Positions 33,645 through 44,305 are shown, numbered from the stretch's first letter. The stretch: DNA of 64,000 nucleotides from Alphaproteobacteria bacterium (GCA_016792785.1 JAEUML010000130.1:1366-65365); one strand, 5' to 3'. Notes: generated from the letters alone by a model not told the origin. A program made the numbers and translations.

Positions 33645-34601
33645 ATGGCGGCGCGCGCTCGAATCCTGTCGACGGACGAAGCCGGTCACGAGAATCGCAT
33701 CGAGCTTTGGCGCAAGCACGTGGCCGAGCCGCTGTTGCGCGTCGATTGGACGGTGCCAGAGGGGCGCGACTGCACCGCGCGGCTTCTGCCCGTCATCTGC
33801 GCCGGCGACATCGAAATCGCGCTGCTGGAGAGCGGGCCGTTCGACATCACGAACACGCCGGCCCACGCGGCTCAGAAGCAGCACCGCTGCAGCCTCCATG
33901 TCCTGACGAGCGGCCATCGCGTGATCACGTCGCGCGAGGGGACTGAGTTTATGGCCGTCAAGACGATGGGCGTGATGCTCGACGAGGGGCGGTTTTATCG
34001 CCACCGCTCCGACAACGAGATGACGCGGGCGCTGATCCTGATGCTGCCCAAGCCTCGCATCATGGAACGTGTGCCGGCGTTCGACCGCCTAATCGGGCCG
34101 CCGTTCGATCTTTCGTGCGAGCCTTTCCGGCTGCTGCAATCCTATCTCGGGCTGTCGAGCGCTGGCGTGGACTTGAATGTGCCGGCGCTGGCGCGTGCGA
34201 ACGCGGACTACGTGATCGACCTTGTCATCATGATGCTGGAACATCGGGCAGCGGACGCCGCCGACGCCGCCCAGAGGCGCACGCAACCCGAGGCGCGTTA
34301 TCGCGTGATCCTGGCCGAGATCGAGCGCGGGATCGGCGACCCGAAGCTGTCGGGCAAGACGGTGGCCGCGCGCGTCGGAATCACGGAACGCTATCTGCAG
34401 CAACTGATGGAGATGCACGGCGAGACGTTTTCGCACTTCGTTCTGCGACTGCGACTCGACAAGGCGGCGGCGCTGCTCGTCTCCAAGCGGCAGATGCGCA
34501 TCGCCGAGATCGCGTTCCTGTGCGGCTTCTCGGACCTCTCCTATTTCAACCGCAGCTTCCGTAAGCGCTTCGGCGAGACACCGCGCGGGTATCGGAAGTA
34601 A
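33645..34601 (+). CDS. AraC-family transcriptional regulator (paralogue 1)
   Basis: ATG 33645 lies 194 bp from the divergent autotransporter start. The C-terminal double HTH is VAARVGITERYLQQLMEMHGETFSHFVLRLRLDKAAALL...IAFLCGFSDLSYFNRSFRKRFGETPRGYR. Confidence 0.85.
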   Translation: MAARARILSTDEAGHENRIELWRKHVAEPLLRVDWTVPEGRDCTARLLPVICAGDIEIALLESGPFDITNTPAHAAQKQHRCSLHVLTSGHRVITSREGTEFMAVKTMGVMLDEGRFYRHRSDNEMTRALILMLPKPRIMERVPAFDRLIGPPFDLSCEPFRLLQSYLGLSSAGVDLNVPALARANADYVIDLVIMMLEHRAADAADAAQRRTQPEARYRVILAEIERGIGDPKLSGKTVAARVGITERYLQQLMEMHGETFSHFVLRLRLDKAAALLVSKRQMRIAEIAFLCGFSDLSYFNRSFRKRFGETPRGYRK

Positions 34602-34605
34602 GCGC

Positions 34606-35295
34606 TCAGAATGCGACGCTTGCGCGGACGTAGCCGCCATGGGCGGTGTGACTGCCCTTGAGTTCGAGGTCGTAGCTGGCGCGGACGTCGATGCCGCCGG
34701 CCGTGGCGAGGAGAGCGCCGACGCCTAAGTCCAGGATATCGAATGGCGGGTCGACGCCCAGCGTCTTGAAGCTGACGATGCCCGCCGACAAACTCGCTCG
34801 TCGTTTCGAAGCGATCGCCCATCAGTTCGTGGAACGTCCCATCGGGCGAGCACGCCGAGGCCCAAGCGGAATGATTCCAAACTCTCCGGCGCGACGTTCA
34901 TTGCGAATGGGCCGCTCTCTTGGTACCCGTCGGCGTCGTAGTGGGCGTAGTTGGCGGCGGCTACGCCTTCGGTTTCGGGAGCAGCGAGTCGAGCAGTCGT
35001 TGATCAGCGCGTCCGCAACAGCGCGAGCTGCAGCATCAGTTGATCGATCGCGTTGTCGCCGTTGAGGCCGATTGTATCGACCAACGACCCCTTTCGCACC
35101 AACGATCGAGACCCCGCTTCCGCCTGCGCCGCCGTTGTTGCCGCCGCCGTTGTTGGTGTCAGAGCCGGGCGTTCCCGTCACATTCATGGTGAGTGCGGTG
35201 TCGGTTGTAGCCTGCGCCGATTGCGCGGCGGCGGTGGCAGCTGTGCAGACTGTCAAGAGATGGAGGACAAATGCCTTGGCATAGGAAGATCGCAC
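34606..35295 (-). pseudogene. Decayed autotransporter paralogue (signal peptide plus first passenger module, junction fragment and last part of the barrel; about 80 percent deleted, frameshifted)
   Basis: ORF 34822-35295 starts with a signal peptide (MRSSYAKAFVLHLLTVCTAATAAAQSA) and LTMNVTGTPGSDTNNGGGNNGGAGGSG, matching LTMTGGAGGPGGSDTTNTGG of the intact gene. Other frames read VDTIGLNGDNAIDQLMLQLALL (compare LDEIGLDGDADLDDLMLALAQL), YDADGYQESGPFAMNVAPESLESFRLGLGVLARWDV (compare YAPDGYSEQGVGGLGLTVAPDDLTSVRIGLGILARWDI) and DRFETTSEFVG. The final 61 aa, ...LGVGALLATAGGIDVRASYDLELK..GYVRASVAF, mirror the intact C-terminus. Frame changes lie near 34785 and 34962, and the deletion junction near 35085. 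Confidence 0.85.
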
Positions 35296-35520
35296 GAGTC
35301 TCCCCTCGAAAATTCACCGACTACGCGCGGCCCGCGAATCATCTGTGTGGCCGCACAACCTGGGTGACCGGCGGCTAGGCTGGGGGCTTGGACTGGCGCG
35401 TCAGGAGAATGTGCCTCGAGCGACAAGCGTTTTTGTGTCGCGTGCGCCACGTCACGTGTGACGCGGACAGAGGCGTCAAGCGCGTTGCACGCTACGCAAG
35501 AATTCGTACATCTCGTGCGT

Positions 35521-36480
35521 ATGATCCGTTTCTCTGCAGAGAAATATGACGAGGCGCATCGCTTCGACGCCTGGCGGGAGGAATTCGCCAAGCGGATCGC
35601 GAACAACGACATGGAGCGGCTCGACGACCTGCGCCGGCCCTTCCATGCCGAGATCGCGAACTTACCGCTGGGACGCGTGCTCTTTGCCCATGTGCGCGGC
35701 ACGCCGATCCGCACGTTCCGCGACGAACGCCATGTCGCCGACCGCAACGGCGACTTCACGCTTGTCGTGTCGAGGCGCGGTGGCACCCGCATCGCGCGCG
35801 GCGAGGACGTCGCGGCGCAACGCGGCGTCGGCGCCTCGTTGCTGACCTATTGGCATCCGGCGAGCGCAGAGTTTCATGCCGACGACGACGGATGGTTCGA
35901 GGCCTATCGCTTCGTCCTGCCGCGGGAGGTGATGCTTGCCGCCGTGCCGAACGCGGATGCCTTGTGCTTCAGGCCGATCGGAATGTTGAACCTCCAGGCG
36001 CTCGACTATCTCGTTCAGTATACGGATAAGGTTCTGATCGCGCACGCCTTCGCCGACGCGCGCGTGATGGAGCGGACGAGTGAGCACGTCGTCGATCTCG
36101 TCGCAACGATCCTCGGCCCCTCGCGCGAAGCGGCGGCGACCGCCGAACGGCGCGGGATGCGCGCGGGGCGGTTCGAGGCGGTGCTCGCACAAATCAATGC
36201 CGAGTGCTTCGATCCGCGGTTCGACGTACAGGCTGTGGCCGACCGCCACCGCGTCTCCAAGCGTTACGTGCAGCGGCTGATGGAGCGGCAGGGCGAGACG
36301 TTCTCGCACCACGTGCTGCGGCTTCGGCTTGAGCGCGTGGCGGCGATGCTGGCCGACCCCGCTTACAAGGACATGCGCATCGGCGAGATCGCGCTCGCCT
36401 GCGGGTTCAATGATCTTTCCTATTTCAACCGCAGCTTCCGGCGGCGATTCGGCGATAGCCCGCGCGGGTTCCGGACCTGA
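35521..36480 (+). CDS. AraC-family transcriptional regulator (paralogue 2)
   Basis: ATG 35521 (MIRFSAEKYDEAHRFDAWREEF). The C-terminus is VADRHRVSKRYVQRLMERQGETFSHHVLRLRLERVAAML...IALACGFNDLSYFNRSFRRRFGDSPRGFR, closely parallel to the regulator at 33645-34601. Confidence 0.85.
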   Translation: MIRFSAEKYDEAHRFDAWREEFAKRIANNDMERLDDLRRPFHAEIANLPLGRVLFAHVRGTPIRTFRDERHVADRNGDFTLVVSRRGGTRIARGEDVAAQRGVGASLLTYWHPASAEFHADDDGWFEAYRFVLPREVMLAAVPNADALCFRPIGMLNLQALDYLVQYTDKVLIAHAFADARVMERTSEHVVDLVATILGPSREAAATAERRGMRAGRFEAVLAQINAECFDPRFDVQAVADRHRVSKRYVQRLMERQGETFSHHVLRLRLERVAAMLADPAYKDMRIGEIALACGFNDLSYFNRSFRRRFGDSPRGFRT

Positions 36481-36617
36481 CGCCGGTGGCGGCTCCGCCA
36501 CACCGCAAGAGGCCTTAACCACCGCCGTGGGCGGCGGGTTGCGGGGTTGGCCGGTTTCTCCCAAGATGGCCTTGCCTTGGCCGGTTCGGGCCATGAGCCC
36601 ATCCGCGGGGAGATGCC

Positions 36618-37538
36618 TTGTCGGCCAGTTCGGTTCCAGCCTCATCGCCCCGCGGGTTTTCGGACCGGGTCAAGGCGTTCTATCTGAGGTCCGACGCGGC
36701 GAAGGGCTATTTGCTACTCTCGCCCGTGATGATCGCGATGATCGGGCTTTTGGCGGCGCCGCTGGCGCTGCTTGCGCTCTATTCATTCTGGACGCAGACC
36801 GGTCTTCAGATCGACACGACGCTGACCGTCGACCGCTATCAAGAGGTCTTCGCGAAGCAGAGCTACATCGACATTTTCCTGCGGTCGGTCGGCATGTCGG
36901 GGATCGTCACGCTGGTGACGGTCGGGCTTGCCTATCCCATGGCCTATTACGTCGCGTTCGGCGTAAAGAAGTACAAATTCGTTTGGCTGATCCTGCTGAC
37001 CATCCCGTTCTGGACGAGCTATCTGCTGCGCGCATTCTCGTGGAAGGTGATCCTTGGCTATAACGGCGTCATCAACTCGGGCCTGATGTCGGCCGGGTTG
37101 ATCGAGCAGCCGCTCGAGTTCCTGCTCTACAATCAAACGTCCGTCGTGCTCACGCTGGCGCATGCCTATGCCGCGTTCGCGATCCTTCCGATATACGTGT
37201 CGCTCGAGAAGATCGACCGCACGCTGCTTGAGGCGGCAGCCGATCTCGGCGACGGGGCGTGGGCGCGGTTCTGGCGCGTCACGTTTCCGCTTTCGCTGCC
37301 CGGCGTGATAGGGGCGGCCGTCCTCATCTTTGTGCCGACGACGGGCGACTACGTGACGCCGGCGCTCGTCGGCGGACCGACGGGGCAGATGATCGCCAAC
37401 ATCATCCAGGTGCAGTTCCTGAAGATCGGCGACTGGCCATTGGGCTCGGCGCTGGCCATATCGGCGATGGCGGGGGTTGCGATCCTGGTCGTGCTAACCG
37501 TGAGCGCTATGCAATTGGCGGTGAGGCAGATCCGATGA
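36618..37538 (+). CDS. ABC transporter permease (PotB-like)
   Basis: Six TM segments are predicted by eye. The EAA loop is [26 protein letters not shown]. The stop overlaps the next start (ATGA). Confidence 0.85.
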   Translation: MSASSVPASSPRGFSDRVKAFYLRSDAAKGYLLLSPVMIAMIGLLAAPLALLALYSFWTQTGLQIDTTLTVDRYQEVFAKQSYIDIFLRSVGMSGIVTLVTVGLAYPMAYYVAFGVKKYKFVWLILLTIPFWTSYLLRAFSWKVILGYNGVINSGLMSAGLIEQPLEFLLYNQTSVVLTLAHAYAAFAILPIYVSLEKIDRTLLEAAADLGDGAWARFWRVTFPLSLPGVIGAAVLIFVPTTGDYVTPALVGGPTGQMIANIIQVQFLKIGDWPLGSALAISAMAGVAILVVLTVSAMQLAVRQIR

Positions 37539-38365
37539 CGAAGCCGGCGGCCACCGCGAAACGTATGGGCGATCCGGGCGTGGGACTCGCGCTGTTTGCG
37601 GTCGCCTATCTTCTCTTCCTCTACGTGCCTGTGCTGCTGCTGCCGCTGTTCTCGTTCAACGATTCCATTTTCGTGTCGTTCCCGCTCAAGGGTTTTACGA
37701 CGAAATGGTACGAGCAAGCGTTCGCGGACCAGGACATGCTGAACGCGCTGATCGCGAGCCTTCAGGTCGGGGCGGTGGTCGCGATCATTTCTACGATCCT
37801 TGGCCTCTTCGGCGCCAAGGCCGTGACGCGCTATCGCATGCCGGGGCAAGCCGCGGTCACGGGCATGATCATGCTGCCGCTCTTTATTCCTGAGATCATC
37901 CTCGGCATCTCGCTCTTGATCCTGATCAACGGCATCGAGATCGAGCTATCGCTGATCACGGTCGCGATCGGGCACGTGATGTTGTGCACGCCGTTTGCGA
38001 TGGCGGTGCTGACCTCGCGCCTCGACGGGTTCGACAAGAGCCTGGAGGAGGCGTCGATGGATCTGGGCGAGAGCCCGTGGATGACGTTCTGGCGCGTCAC
38101 ATTCCCGTTGGTGGCGCCCGGCATCGTGTCGAGCCTGCTGCTCACTTTCATCGTATCGTTCGACGAGTTCCTGCTGTCGTTCTTCCTGGCGGGTCAGCAA
38201 CCGACCCTGCCCGTCTTTATCTGGAGCCAGTTGCGCTTCCCGAACAAGCTGCCCGGCGTGCTGGCGCTCGGCGCCTTGATCCTGGTCGTTTCGTGCATCC
38301 TTGTCGTCATCGCCGAATGGGTGCGTCAGCTCGGCACCAGCGAGCGCAAAGTGGGGGTCGCTTAG
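37535..38365 (+). CDS. ABC transporter permease (PotC-like)
   Basis: ATG 37535 overlaps the upstream stop. The EAA loop is [27 protein letters not shown]. The longer track ORF from 37259 lies inside the previous gene. Confidence 0.85.
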   Translation: MTKPAATAKRMGDPGVGLALFAVAYLLFLYVPVLLLPLFSFNDSIFVSFPLKGFTTKWYEQAFADQDMLNALIASLQVGAVVAIISTILGLFGAKAVTRYRMPGQAAVTGMIMLPLFIPEIILGISLLILINGIEIELSLITVAIGHVMLCTPFAMAVLTSRLDGFDKSLEEASMDLGESPWMTFWRVTFPLVAPGIVSSLLLTFIVSFDEFLLSFFLAGQQPTLPVFIWSQLRFPNKLPGVLALGALILVVSCILVVIAEWVRQLGTSERKVGVA

Positions 38366-38373
38366 GGTTCGCC

Positions 38374-39465
38374 ATGGCCGACAACATCATCCGCATCGAG
38401 AACGTGACCAAGCAGTTCGCCGGCGGGGTCAAAGCCGTCGACAGTGCTAATTTCAACATCGAGCGTGGCGAGTTCTTTTCGCTGCTGGGGCCTTCGGGCT
38501 GTGGCAAGACCACGCTGCTGCGCATGATCGCGGGGTTCGAGTTCCCGACCGAGGGCGAGATCTTCATCGACAATCAGCCGTCGTCGCTGATCCCGAGCTA
38601 CAAGCGGCCGACGAACATGGTGTTCCAGTCGTACGCGATCTTTCCGCACCTGAACGTGTTCGACAACATCGCCTATGGCCTGCGCAAGGACCGGCTGTCG
38701 CGGAAGGAATTGACGCGACGCGTGGACGAAGCGCTCGGGATGATCAAGCTCTCCGGTTTCGGCGCGCGGCGCGGCGACCAGCTGTCGGGCGGGCAGCGCC
38801 AACGCGTGGCGCTGGCGCGAGCGCTGGTTAAACGCCCGAAGGTGCTGCTGCTCGACGAACCGCTCGGCGCGCTCGACAAGAAGCTGCGCGAGGAGATGCA
38901 GATCGAACTCCGGCAGCTGCAAAAGAACGTGGGCATTACGTTCGTGTTCGTGACGCACGACCAGGAAGAAGCGCTTTCAATGTCCGACCGCATCGCGGTC
39001 ATGGGCAAGGGTGTCGTGTTGCAGATCGCGGCGCCGAAAGACCTCTACGAGCGGCCGAGCAATGTCGAGGTCGCGACGTTCATCGGCACGATCAACCTGA
39101 TCCCGGCGACGGTGAAGGCGGTGGCAGGGGCCGATGCGACGCTTGAGGGCGCGGGGTTCGGGCAGTTCCGCGCTGGCGCGATCGACGGCCTGAAGGCGGG
39201 CGACAAGATCACCGCGGCGCTTCGCCCCGAGAAGCTCACGCTCACCGGCGCCAAGCCCGCGTCCGGCGCGTTCGTAGAAGGCACGATCAAGGCCGCCGCC
39301 TATCTGGGCGACCGCAGCCACTACCAGGTGTTCGTCAAGGGCCGCGAGGCGCCCGTCTATGTCGCCGCGCAAAACGTCGACGGCGCGACGGCAACCGGGT
39401 TCGATCCGGCGAAGCCGGTCTATGTGGTGTGGGACCCGAAGGCGGTCATTCTGCTCAAGGCTTGA
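38374..39465 (+). CDS. ABC transporter ATP-binding protein (PotA-like) with C-terminal TOBE-type domain
   Basis: ATG 38374 ([15 protein letters not shown]). Walker A is GPSGCGKTT, the signature is [15 protein letters not shown], and Walker B is [12 protein letters not shown]. The C-terminal ~120 aa form a beta-rich regulatory domain. Confidence 0.9.
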   Translation: MADNIIRIENVTKQFAGGVKAVDSANFNIERGEFFSLLGPSGCGKTTLLRMIAGFEFPTEGEIFIDNQPSSLIPSYKRPTNMVFQSYAIFPHLNVFDNIAYGLRKDRLSRKELTRRVDEALGMIKLSGFGARRGDQLSGGQRQRVALARALVKRPKVLLLDEPLGALDKKLREEMQIELRQLQKNVGITFVFVTHDQEEALSMSDRIAVMGKGVVLQIAAPKDLYERPSNVEVATFIGTINLIPATVKAVAGADATLEGAGFGQFRAGAIDGLKAGDKITAALRPEKLTLTGAKPASGAFVEGTIKAAAYLGDRSHYQVFVKGREAPVYVAAQNVDGATATGFDPAKPVYVVWDPKAVILLKA

Positions 39466-39485
39466 TCTTCGTCCGCTTGGAGTGC

Positions 39486-40526
39486 TTACGGCATGTCGAG
39501 CAGATCGCCGAGCGTCTTCGGATCGGCGCGTAGCGTGCTGTGGGGCGAGTAGCCGTCGTTGCGCAGCTTCTCGCCCATGACGTCGCGTGCAATGCTCATG
39601 CTGAAGAAGTAGCGCGGCCTATCAGTCCGATTGTCGGGACCGGCGTGAAGCATGTCGCTGCGATAGAGGATCACCGTCCCCGCCTTCGGCGCCGTTTGGA
39701 CAAGGCGGAACGCTTTGTCGACCACCTCCCTGTTTCGCCAGCGCGCGAGCAGCGAGCGGGGCCGATACGCGGATATGTCGAATACAGCGTTGCGTGCACT
39801 CAAGAAGCGCAACAGGTTTGGCTGATGATTGTCGCGCCGGCGAGAGAACACCCTCTCCTTGTATTCACCCGCCGCAAGTTCGCCCGCCCGATGCATACGT
39901 CGAAGCTTGGCGAGATTGTAGCGCAAGATACGCGCGTTCGTCCGGTCCTGGATCAACGGCATCAGTACATTCGCCTTGCCGCCGTGCCGCGCCTCGCCAC
40001 CGTTGAAGAAATGCGTGCCCGGGATGAACACCGTGCCACCTTGTTCGGACGAAACGTCGTCGACCGCCGCGAACATACACAGCACACCGGGCGGATCGCG
40101 GTGGATGTACTGATGCGAGGCGCCGGCATGGCTTGTCAGGGTCGAAATTTCGAGCACCGGGCGCGTGCGCCCACAGTACTCGAGCAGCGCCTTGTCGAGC
40201 CGCTTACACAGCAGAGCGGCGAAGGACAGAACGCGATCGTTCGACGGAAGCGGCGTAAAATCCCGGCGTTTGAATCGAATGTCGGTTTGACTTGCGAACG
40301 TGCCAGCCTCCCGGTTTGGGTCGGCGATGGCTCTTTTCACCAGCTCCAGCCCGGAAGAGGTCTCGGCCTGCGACAGCAGTCTCGGGATCACAACGAAGCC
40401 GTGTTCGTCCAGGCATTGGACGATGCTCTGCGCAGAGGCCGCGGTCAGCCGGCCATCCGGCCCCAACCGGGGGGCCACCTCGTAGTCTGTTGTGTCGTGG
40501 GAAACGCCTGGCGCGACCATGAGCAT
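39486..40526 (-). CDS. Phytanoyl-CoA dioxygenase (PhyH) family Fe(II)/2-oxoglutarate oxygenase
   Basis: HxD is in HQYIHRDPPGV, the distal His and Arg are in SDMLHAGPDNRTDRPRYFFSMS, and GGTVFIPGTH is present. Codon third positions are less GC-biased than in neighbouring genes. Confidence 0.75.
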   Translation of the reverse strand: MLMVAPGVSHDTTDYEVAPRLGPDGRLTAASAQSIVQCLDEHGFVVIPRLLSQAETSSGLELVKRAIADPNREAGTFASQTDIRFKRRDFTPLPSNDRVLSFAALLCKRLDKALLEYCGRTRPVLEISTLTSHAGASHQYIHRDPPGVLCMFAAVDDVSSEQGGTVFIPGTHFFNGGEARHGGKANVLMPLIQDRTNARILRYNLAKLRRMHRAGELAAGEYKERVFSRRRDNHQPNLLRFLSARNAVFDISAYRPRSLLARWRNREVVDKAFRLVQTAPKAGTVILYRSDMLHAGPDNRTDRPRYFFSMSIARDVMGEKLRNDGYSPHSTLRADPKTLGDLLDMP

Positions 40527-40726
40527 CCTGATAGGCGATTTCGGGGACAGCCTTACACCGATTTACGTCTTTAGCATTACTGTGATGTGTGCTGCAAATT
40601 GGTAACTGCTCTTGCTATTGTGTTGGTGGTATCAAAGTAAACTGCGATTCAAGGTGACATGTGACGGCGCTGACCGCAGTGAGGCTTGGCGACGGCTTAC
40701 TTTCGCGCACGAACAATCGGCAAGGA

Positions 40727-41917
40727 ATGTCCGACGCGAACTGGAAGGTGCTCAATGCGCCCGCCGAACCCGCGCTTCGCGCGGTCGCGGACGATTTGCG
40801 CCGCGTGATTCCGGACCTCAGCATCAGCTCCGACCCGGCGTGGATCGCAGACTCGCACGGATGGCCCGAGAACCCGATTCTGTTGCTCGTGCAACGCGAT
40901 TCCCGCGGCGCACTCGGCGCTGCGACTTTCACGATCTCGAAAAGTACGCTGGTCCATCGCAGCATTTCTTTGCGAAGGCCCCCCGTACGGCAGTACACGC
41001 TGTCAGGCGGCATAGTCTCGGGCCGCACCGTCGATGCCGAGGCGGTTGCTGGCTGCTTCGAAGCGCTTGCTCTCGCGATCCCGTCCGATGGCGTTGTGCG
41101 CTTGAGTGCAATTCCCGTTGGCTCGCCGTTGCACGAACAACTAAGGGATCCCCAAAGCGACCTGCAGCGGCGGTTCTATGTGTTGCCGTGGGGTGAGGAA
41201 ACACTGCATTGCCGTATACTTTGGGACGGCAGTTTCGAAAAATACCTGTCCTCGCTCGGCAAGGTCAGCCGCAAGGACCTGCGCCGCAACTGGCGGGCCC
41301 TGCTTGAGGATCCGACAATCCGGTGCGAGGTCCGCGCGTTCCGCGCGGTCGATGACGTCGACCAGTTCTTGCGCGACAGCTTAGCGATCTCGGAGAAGAC
41401 CTATCAAAGCCGCAAGCTCGGCATCGGTCTTGCCGCCTCGCCTGCTTCCGAGCGCGCCGTACGCGGCGCCGCGTCGCTCGGACGGTTTCTCGGTTATGTG
41501 ATGTACATCGACGGCACGCCTGTCGCGTTCGAGTATTCGGTCGCTTCAGGCGACACTTGCTTGATGAAGGAGGGCGGTTACGATCCCGCTTGGGCCGACC
41601 GGCACGTGGCGAGCGTCTTGTTCCTGGAGGCACTGCGCGACTTCGAACGTATCGGCCTTCCCGTGAAACGCCTGGACCTTATGCCGACCGTGAATCTGTT
41701 CAAGCTACGCACCGCGAACGATCTGCTGCGCGTACGTCACTTCTACTTGTTTCCGCGAAACCGGAGGGGCGCAGGCCGCTTTCTGACCCTGGGCGCCGTT
41801 CAGGGGCTGTCCCAAACCGTGCGCAAATTCATCGGGAGCAGGGACCGCGAACTCGACAGATACCGCGCCCGCGCCCTCGCCAAAGCGAGAGAGCGCCACA
41901 CGGCCGCGGTGGAATAA
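40727..41917 (+). CDS. GNAT-fold acyltransferase, CelD/BioF2-like (FemAB-type) family
   Basis: ATG 40727 is preceded by CAAGGA (a GTG alternative lies at 40661). The C-terminal block [52 protein letters not shown] resembles the CelD-like acetyltransferase domain. Confidence 0.65.
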   Translation: MSDANWKVLNAPAEPALRAVADDLRRVIPDLSISSDPAWIADSHGWPENPILLLVQRDSRGALGAATFTISKSTLVHRSISLRRPPVRQYTLSGGIVSGRTVDAEAVAGCFEALALAIPSDGVVRLSAIPVGSPLHEQLRDPQSDLQRRFYVLPWGEETLHCRILWDGSFEKYLSSLGKVSRKDLRRNWRALLEDPTIRCEVRAFRAVDDVDQFLRDSLAISEKTYQSRKLGIGLAASPASERAVRGAASLGRFLGYVMYIDGTPVAFEYSVASGDTCLMKEGGYDPAWADRHVASVLFLEALRDFERIGLPVKRLDLMPTVNLFKLRTANDLLRVRHFYLFPRNRRGAGRFLTLGAVQGLSQTVRKFIGSRDRELDRYRARALAKARERHTAAVE

Positions 41918-41930
41918 CTCCACACGCGCG

Positions 41931-42761
41931 CTATGCTACTGCGCTCATTCCACCGAACGGCACCACCTTGTTTGCGGCGTCGTGGCCGATGTCGGCGCGG
42001 CCGAGGTATGGGATTCCGGTGCGTTTGCACCAGTGTTCTGCGACCTCGACCTCGGTCTTGGCGAAGTCGGGGTCGTTTGTCGGAATGTCTGTGCAGCGGC
42101 CGAGGCGCAGGCCTGCGAGACGGCGCATCTTCGGGCTCGACAGGATGCTGAAAAATGCGCGGTCGATGCGGTACATGTATTCGGCGATCTCTTCGAGCAG
42201 CAGGACGTGGCCGCTAAGGTCCGGCTCATGCGGCGTGCCAACGAGGGCGGCAAATGTCGCCATGTTGAAGGCGACGCGCGGGGCGCCGTCGTGGTCCGGC
42301 TCCACGCTCACGGGGGCGCGGTCGACGAGATAGGCGAGCGCGCGGCGGACGGCGGCCTCACCGCCATCACGCACGATGTCGGTCGGCATGGGGCCGTGGG
42401 CGAGGTTCTTGAAGCCCTTCGCGTAGAGCGCGCCCAAGAGCGAACCCATGTCGCTATAACCCAGATAGGTCTTCTTCGCCGCCGCCGCCGTCAGTTTCGG
42501 CAACGCCAGGTCGAGAATGCGGCAGGAGCCATAGCCGCCGCGCGCGAACCAGACGGCGTCGACCGTCGCGTCGTTCGTGACCTCGACGAACGCCGCGGCG
42601 CGCGCCTCGTCGTCGCCGGCAAAGTGGCCCGACGAGAGAAAGCACTGCGGGTGAACGGCGAGCGTCACGCGGCCCGGATAGAGTTCGCCCGCGAGCGCCG
42701 TCACGCGCGCGGCGACGGCGGGATCCAGGCGGTTCGCTGGCGCGACGACGGCAATTTTCAT
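41931..42761 (-). CDS. ldcA: LD-carboxypeptidase (peptidase S66, murein tetrapeptide carboxypeptidase)
   Basis: Contains [13 protein letters not shown]..., the [12 protein letters not shown] block and the nucleophile block [11 protein letters not shown]. Length is 276 aa. Confidence 0.8.
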   Translation of the reverse strand: MKIAVVAPANRLDPAVAARVTALAGELYPGRVTLAVHPQCFLSSGHFAGDDEARAAAFVEVTNDATVDAVWFARGGYGSCRILDLALPKLTAAAAKKTYLGYSDMGSLLGALYAKGFKNLAHGPMPTDIVRDGGEAAVRRALAYLVDRAPVSVEPDHDGAPRVAFNMATFAALVGTPHEPDLSGHVLLLEEIAEYMYRIDRAFFSILSSPKMRRLAGLRLGRCTDIPTNDPDFAKTEVEVAEHWCKRTGIPYLGRADIGHDAANKVVPFGGMSAVA

Positions 42762-42827
42762 CAGCGGCGGGTCCTAAGGTTCCAAGCAGCATTTGCGGGC
42801 GTGGGGCGCTTGTGCGATCAGAAGCGC

Positions 42828-44252
42828 ATGACCCTGAATCACAAAGCACGTTATTTCTTCTGCGGAATCGGCGGTAGCGGAATGTTGCCGCTGGCGCTGA
42901 TTCTGCGCGGGCGCGGGGTTCAGGTCGACGGATCCGATCGCTCGCTCGATCAGGGGCGGCTCGGCTCCAAGTTCGAGTTCTTGAAGCGGCAAGGGATCGG
43001 CCTGTTCGCGCAGGACGGTAGCGGCGTCACGTCGCACGATCAGGTGCTGGTGACGTCGGCTGCCGTCGAGGAGACCGTGCCCGACGTGCAGGCGGCGCGG
43101 CGGCTCGATCTGCCTATGATGCGGCGGGCGGAATTGCTCGCAGCGCTCTTCAACGACGCGAAGCGCAGCGTTGCGATCGGCGGCACCAGCGGCAAGTCTA
43201 CGACCACCGGCATGGCGGGGTGGATCTTCGCGCAAGCGGGATTGAAGCCCACGATCATGAACGGGGCGGTGATGAAGAACTTCGTTGCTCCCGACGTACC
43301 GTTCGCGAGCGCCGTGGTCGGCACGGGCGATGCCTTCGTCAGCGAGGTCGACGAGAGCGACGGTTCGATCGCGCTTTATCGGCCCAAGGTTGCGGTCGTG
43401 ACGAACGTCTCGCTCGACCACAAGTCGATGGACGAACTGCGTGTGCTGTTCGGCGACTTTGCGGCGAAAGCCGAGACCGCCGTCTTGAACCTCGACAACG
43501 AAGAGACGCGCATGCTGGCGCGCGGGCGCGACGAGGCGATCACGTTCAGCCTCTCGGATCTGCGCGCGCAACTCTTCGCCGGGCGCATCAAGCCAGCGCC
43601 GACGTCGATTGCCTTCGAGCTGACCGAGCGCGATAGCGGCGCGCGCTTCGACGTCCGGCTCGGTGTGCCGGGCGTGCATAATGTGGCGAACGCGCTGGCC
43701 GCGCTCGGCGCCGCGCGGGCATGCGGCATCGAGCTTGGCGCCGCGGTCGAAGCGCTCGGCACGTTCAGCGGGATCAAGCGACGATTCGAGATCGTGGGGA
43801 CCGCGAACGGTGTCGCCGTCATCGACGACTTCGCGCACAATCCTGACAAGATCGCGGCGACGCTGGCGACGCTGCACGCCTTTCCCGGGCGGCTTATCGT
43901 CATGTTCCAGCCGCATGGTTACGGGCCGCTCAGGCTGATGAAGGAACCGCTGATCGAGTGCTTCGCCGAAGAACTGCACGACGGCGACGTGCTCCTGATG
44001 CCCGACCCCGCCTTCTACGGCGGCACGACGACGCGCAGCGTCACTAGCGGCGACATCGTGGCGGGCGTGGCGGCCAAGGGGCGGGAGGCGCTCTACATTC
44101 CCGAGCGCGCGGCGTGCGGCGAAAAGCTCATCGCTCTCGCCCGCCCCGGCGACCGGATCGTTGTGATGGGCGCCAGGGACGACACGCTATCGGAGTTCGC
44201 GGCGGGGCTTGTTGCACGGCTTGGGTCACATCCCAATCGTGCCGTGCACTGA
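42828..44252 (+). CDS. Mur ligase family protein (MurC/Mpl-like, probable murein-peptide ligase)
   Basis: ATG 42828 lies 66 bp from the divergent LD-carboxypeptidase gene. An N-terminal Rossmann-like block is [18 protein letters not shown]. The ATP-binding P-loop is [15 protein letters not shown], with Mur ligase middle and C-terminal domains ([10 protein letters not shown]). The upstream 282 codons of the track ORF are antisense to ldcA. Confidence 0.8.
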   Translation: MTLNHKARYFFCGIGGSGMLPLALILRGRGVQVDGSDRSLDQGRLGSKFEFLKRQGIGLFAQDGSGVTSHDQVLVTSAAVEETVPDVQAARRLDLPMMRRAELLAALFNDAKRSVAIGGTSGKSTTTGMAGWIFAQAGLKPTIMNGAVMKNFVAPDVPFASAVVGTGDAFVSEVDESDGSIALYRPKVAVVTNVSLDHKSMDELRVLFGDFAAKAETAVLNLDNEETRMLARGRDEAITFSLSDLRAQLFAGRIKPAPTSIAFELTERDSGARFDVRLGVPGVHNVANALAALGAARACGIELGAAVEALGTFSGIKRRFEIVGTANGVAVIDDFAHNPDKIAATLATLHAFPGRLIVMFQPHGYGPLRLMKEPLIECFAEELHDGDVLLMPDPAFYGGTTTRSVTSGDIVAGVAAKGREALYIPERAACGEKLIALARPGDRIVVMGARDDTLSEFAAGLVARLGSHPNRAVH

Positions 44253-44305
44253 TCTTTACGGCAAGGTAACGAAGCGCACGGCGTTGTGAGCGGCTTCACG
44301 GCGGT

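Noticed and set aside
41982-42827. The 282-codon N-terminal extension of the Mur-ligase ORF.
   Set aside because: It lies entirely antisense to the LD-carboxypeptidase gene. The Mur ligase N-terminal Rossmann-like block starts right after ATG 42828.
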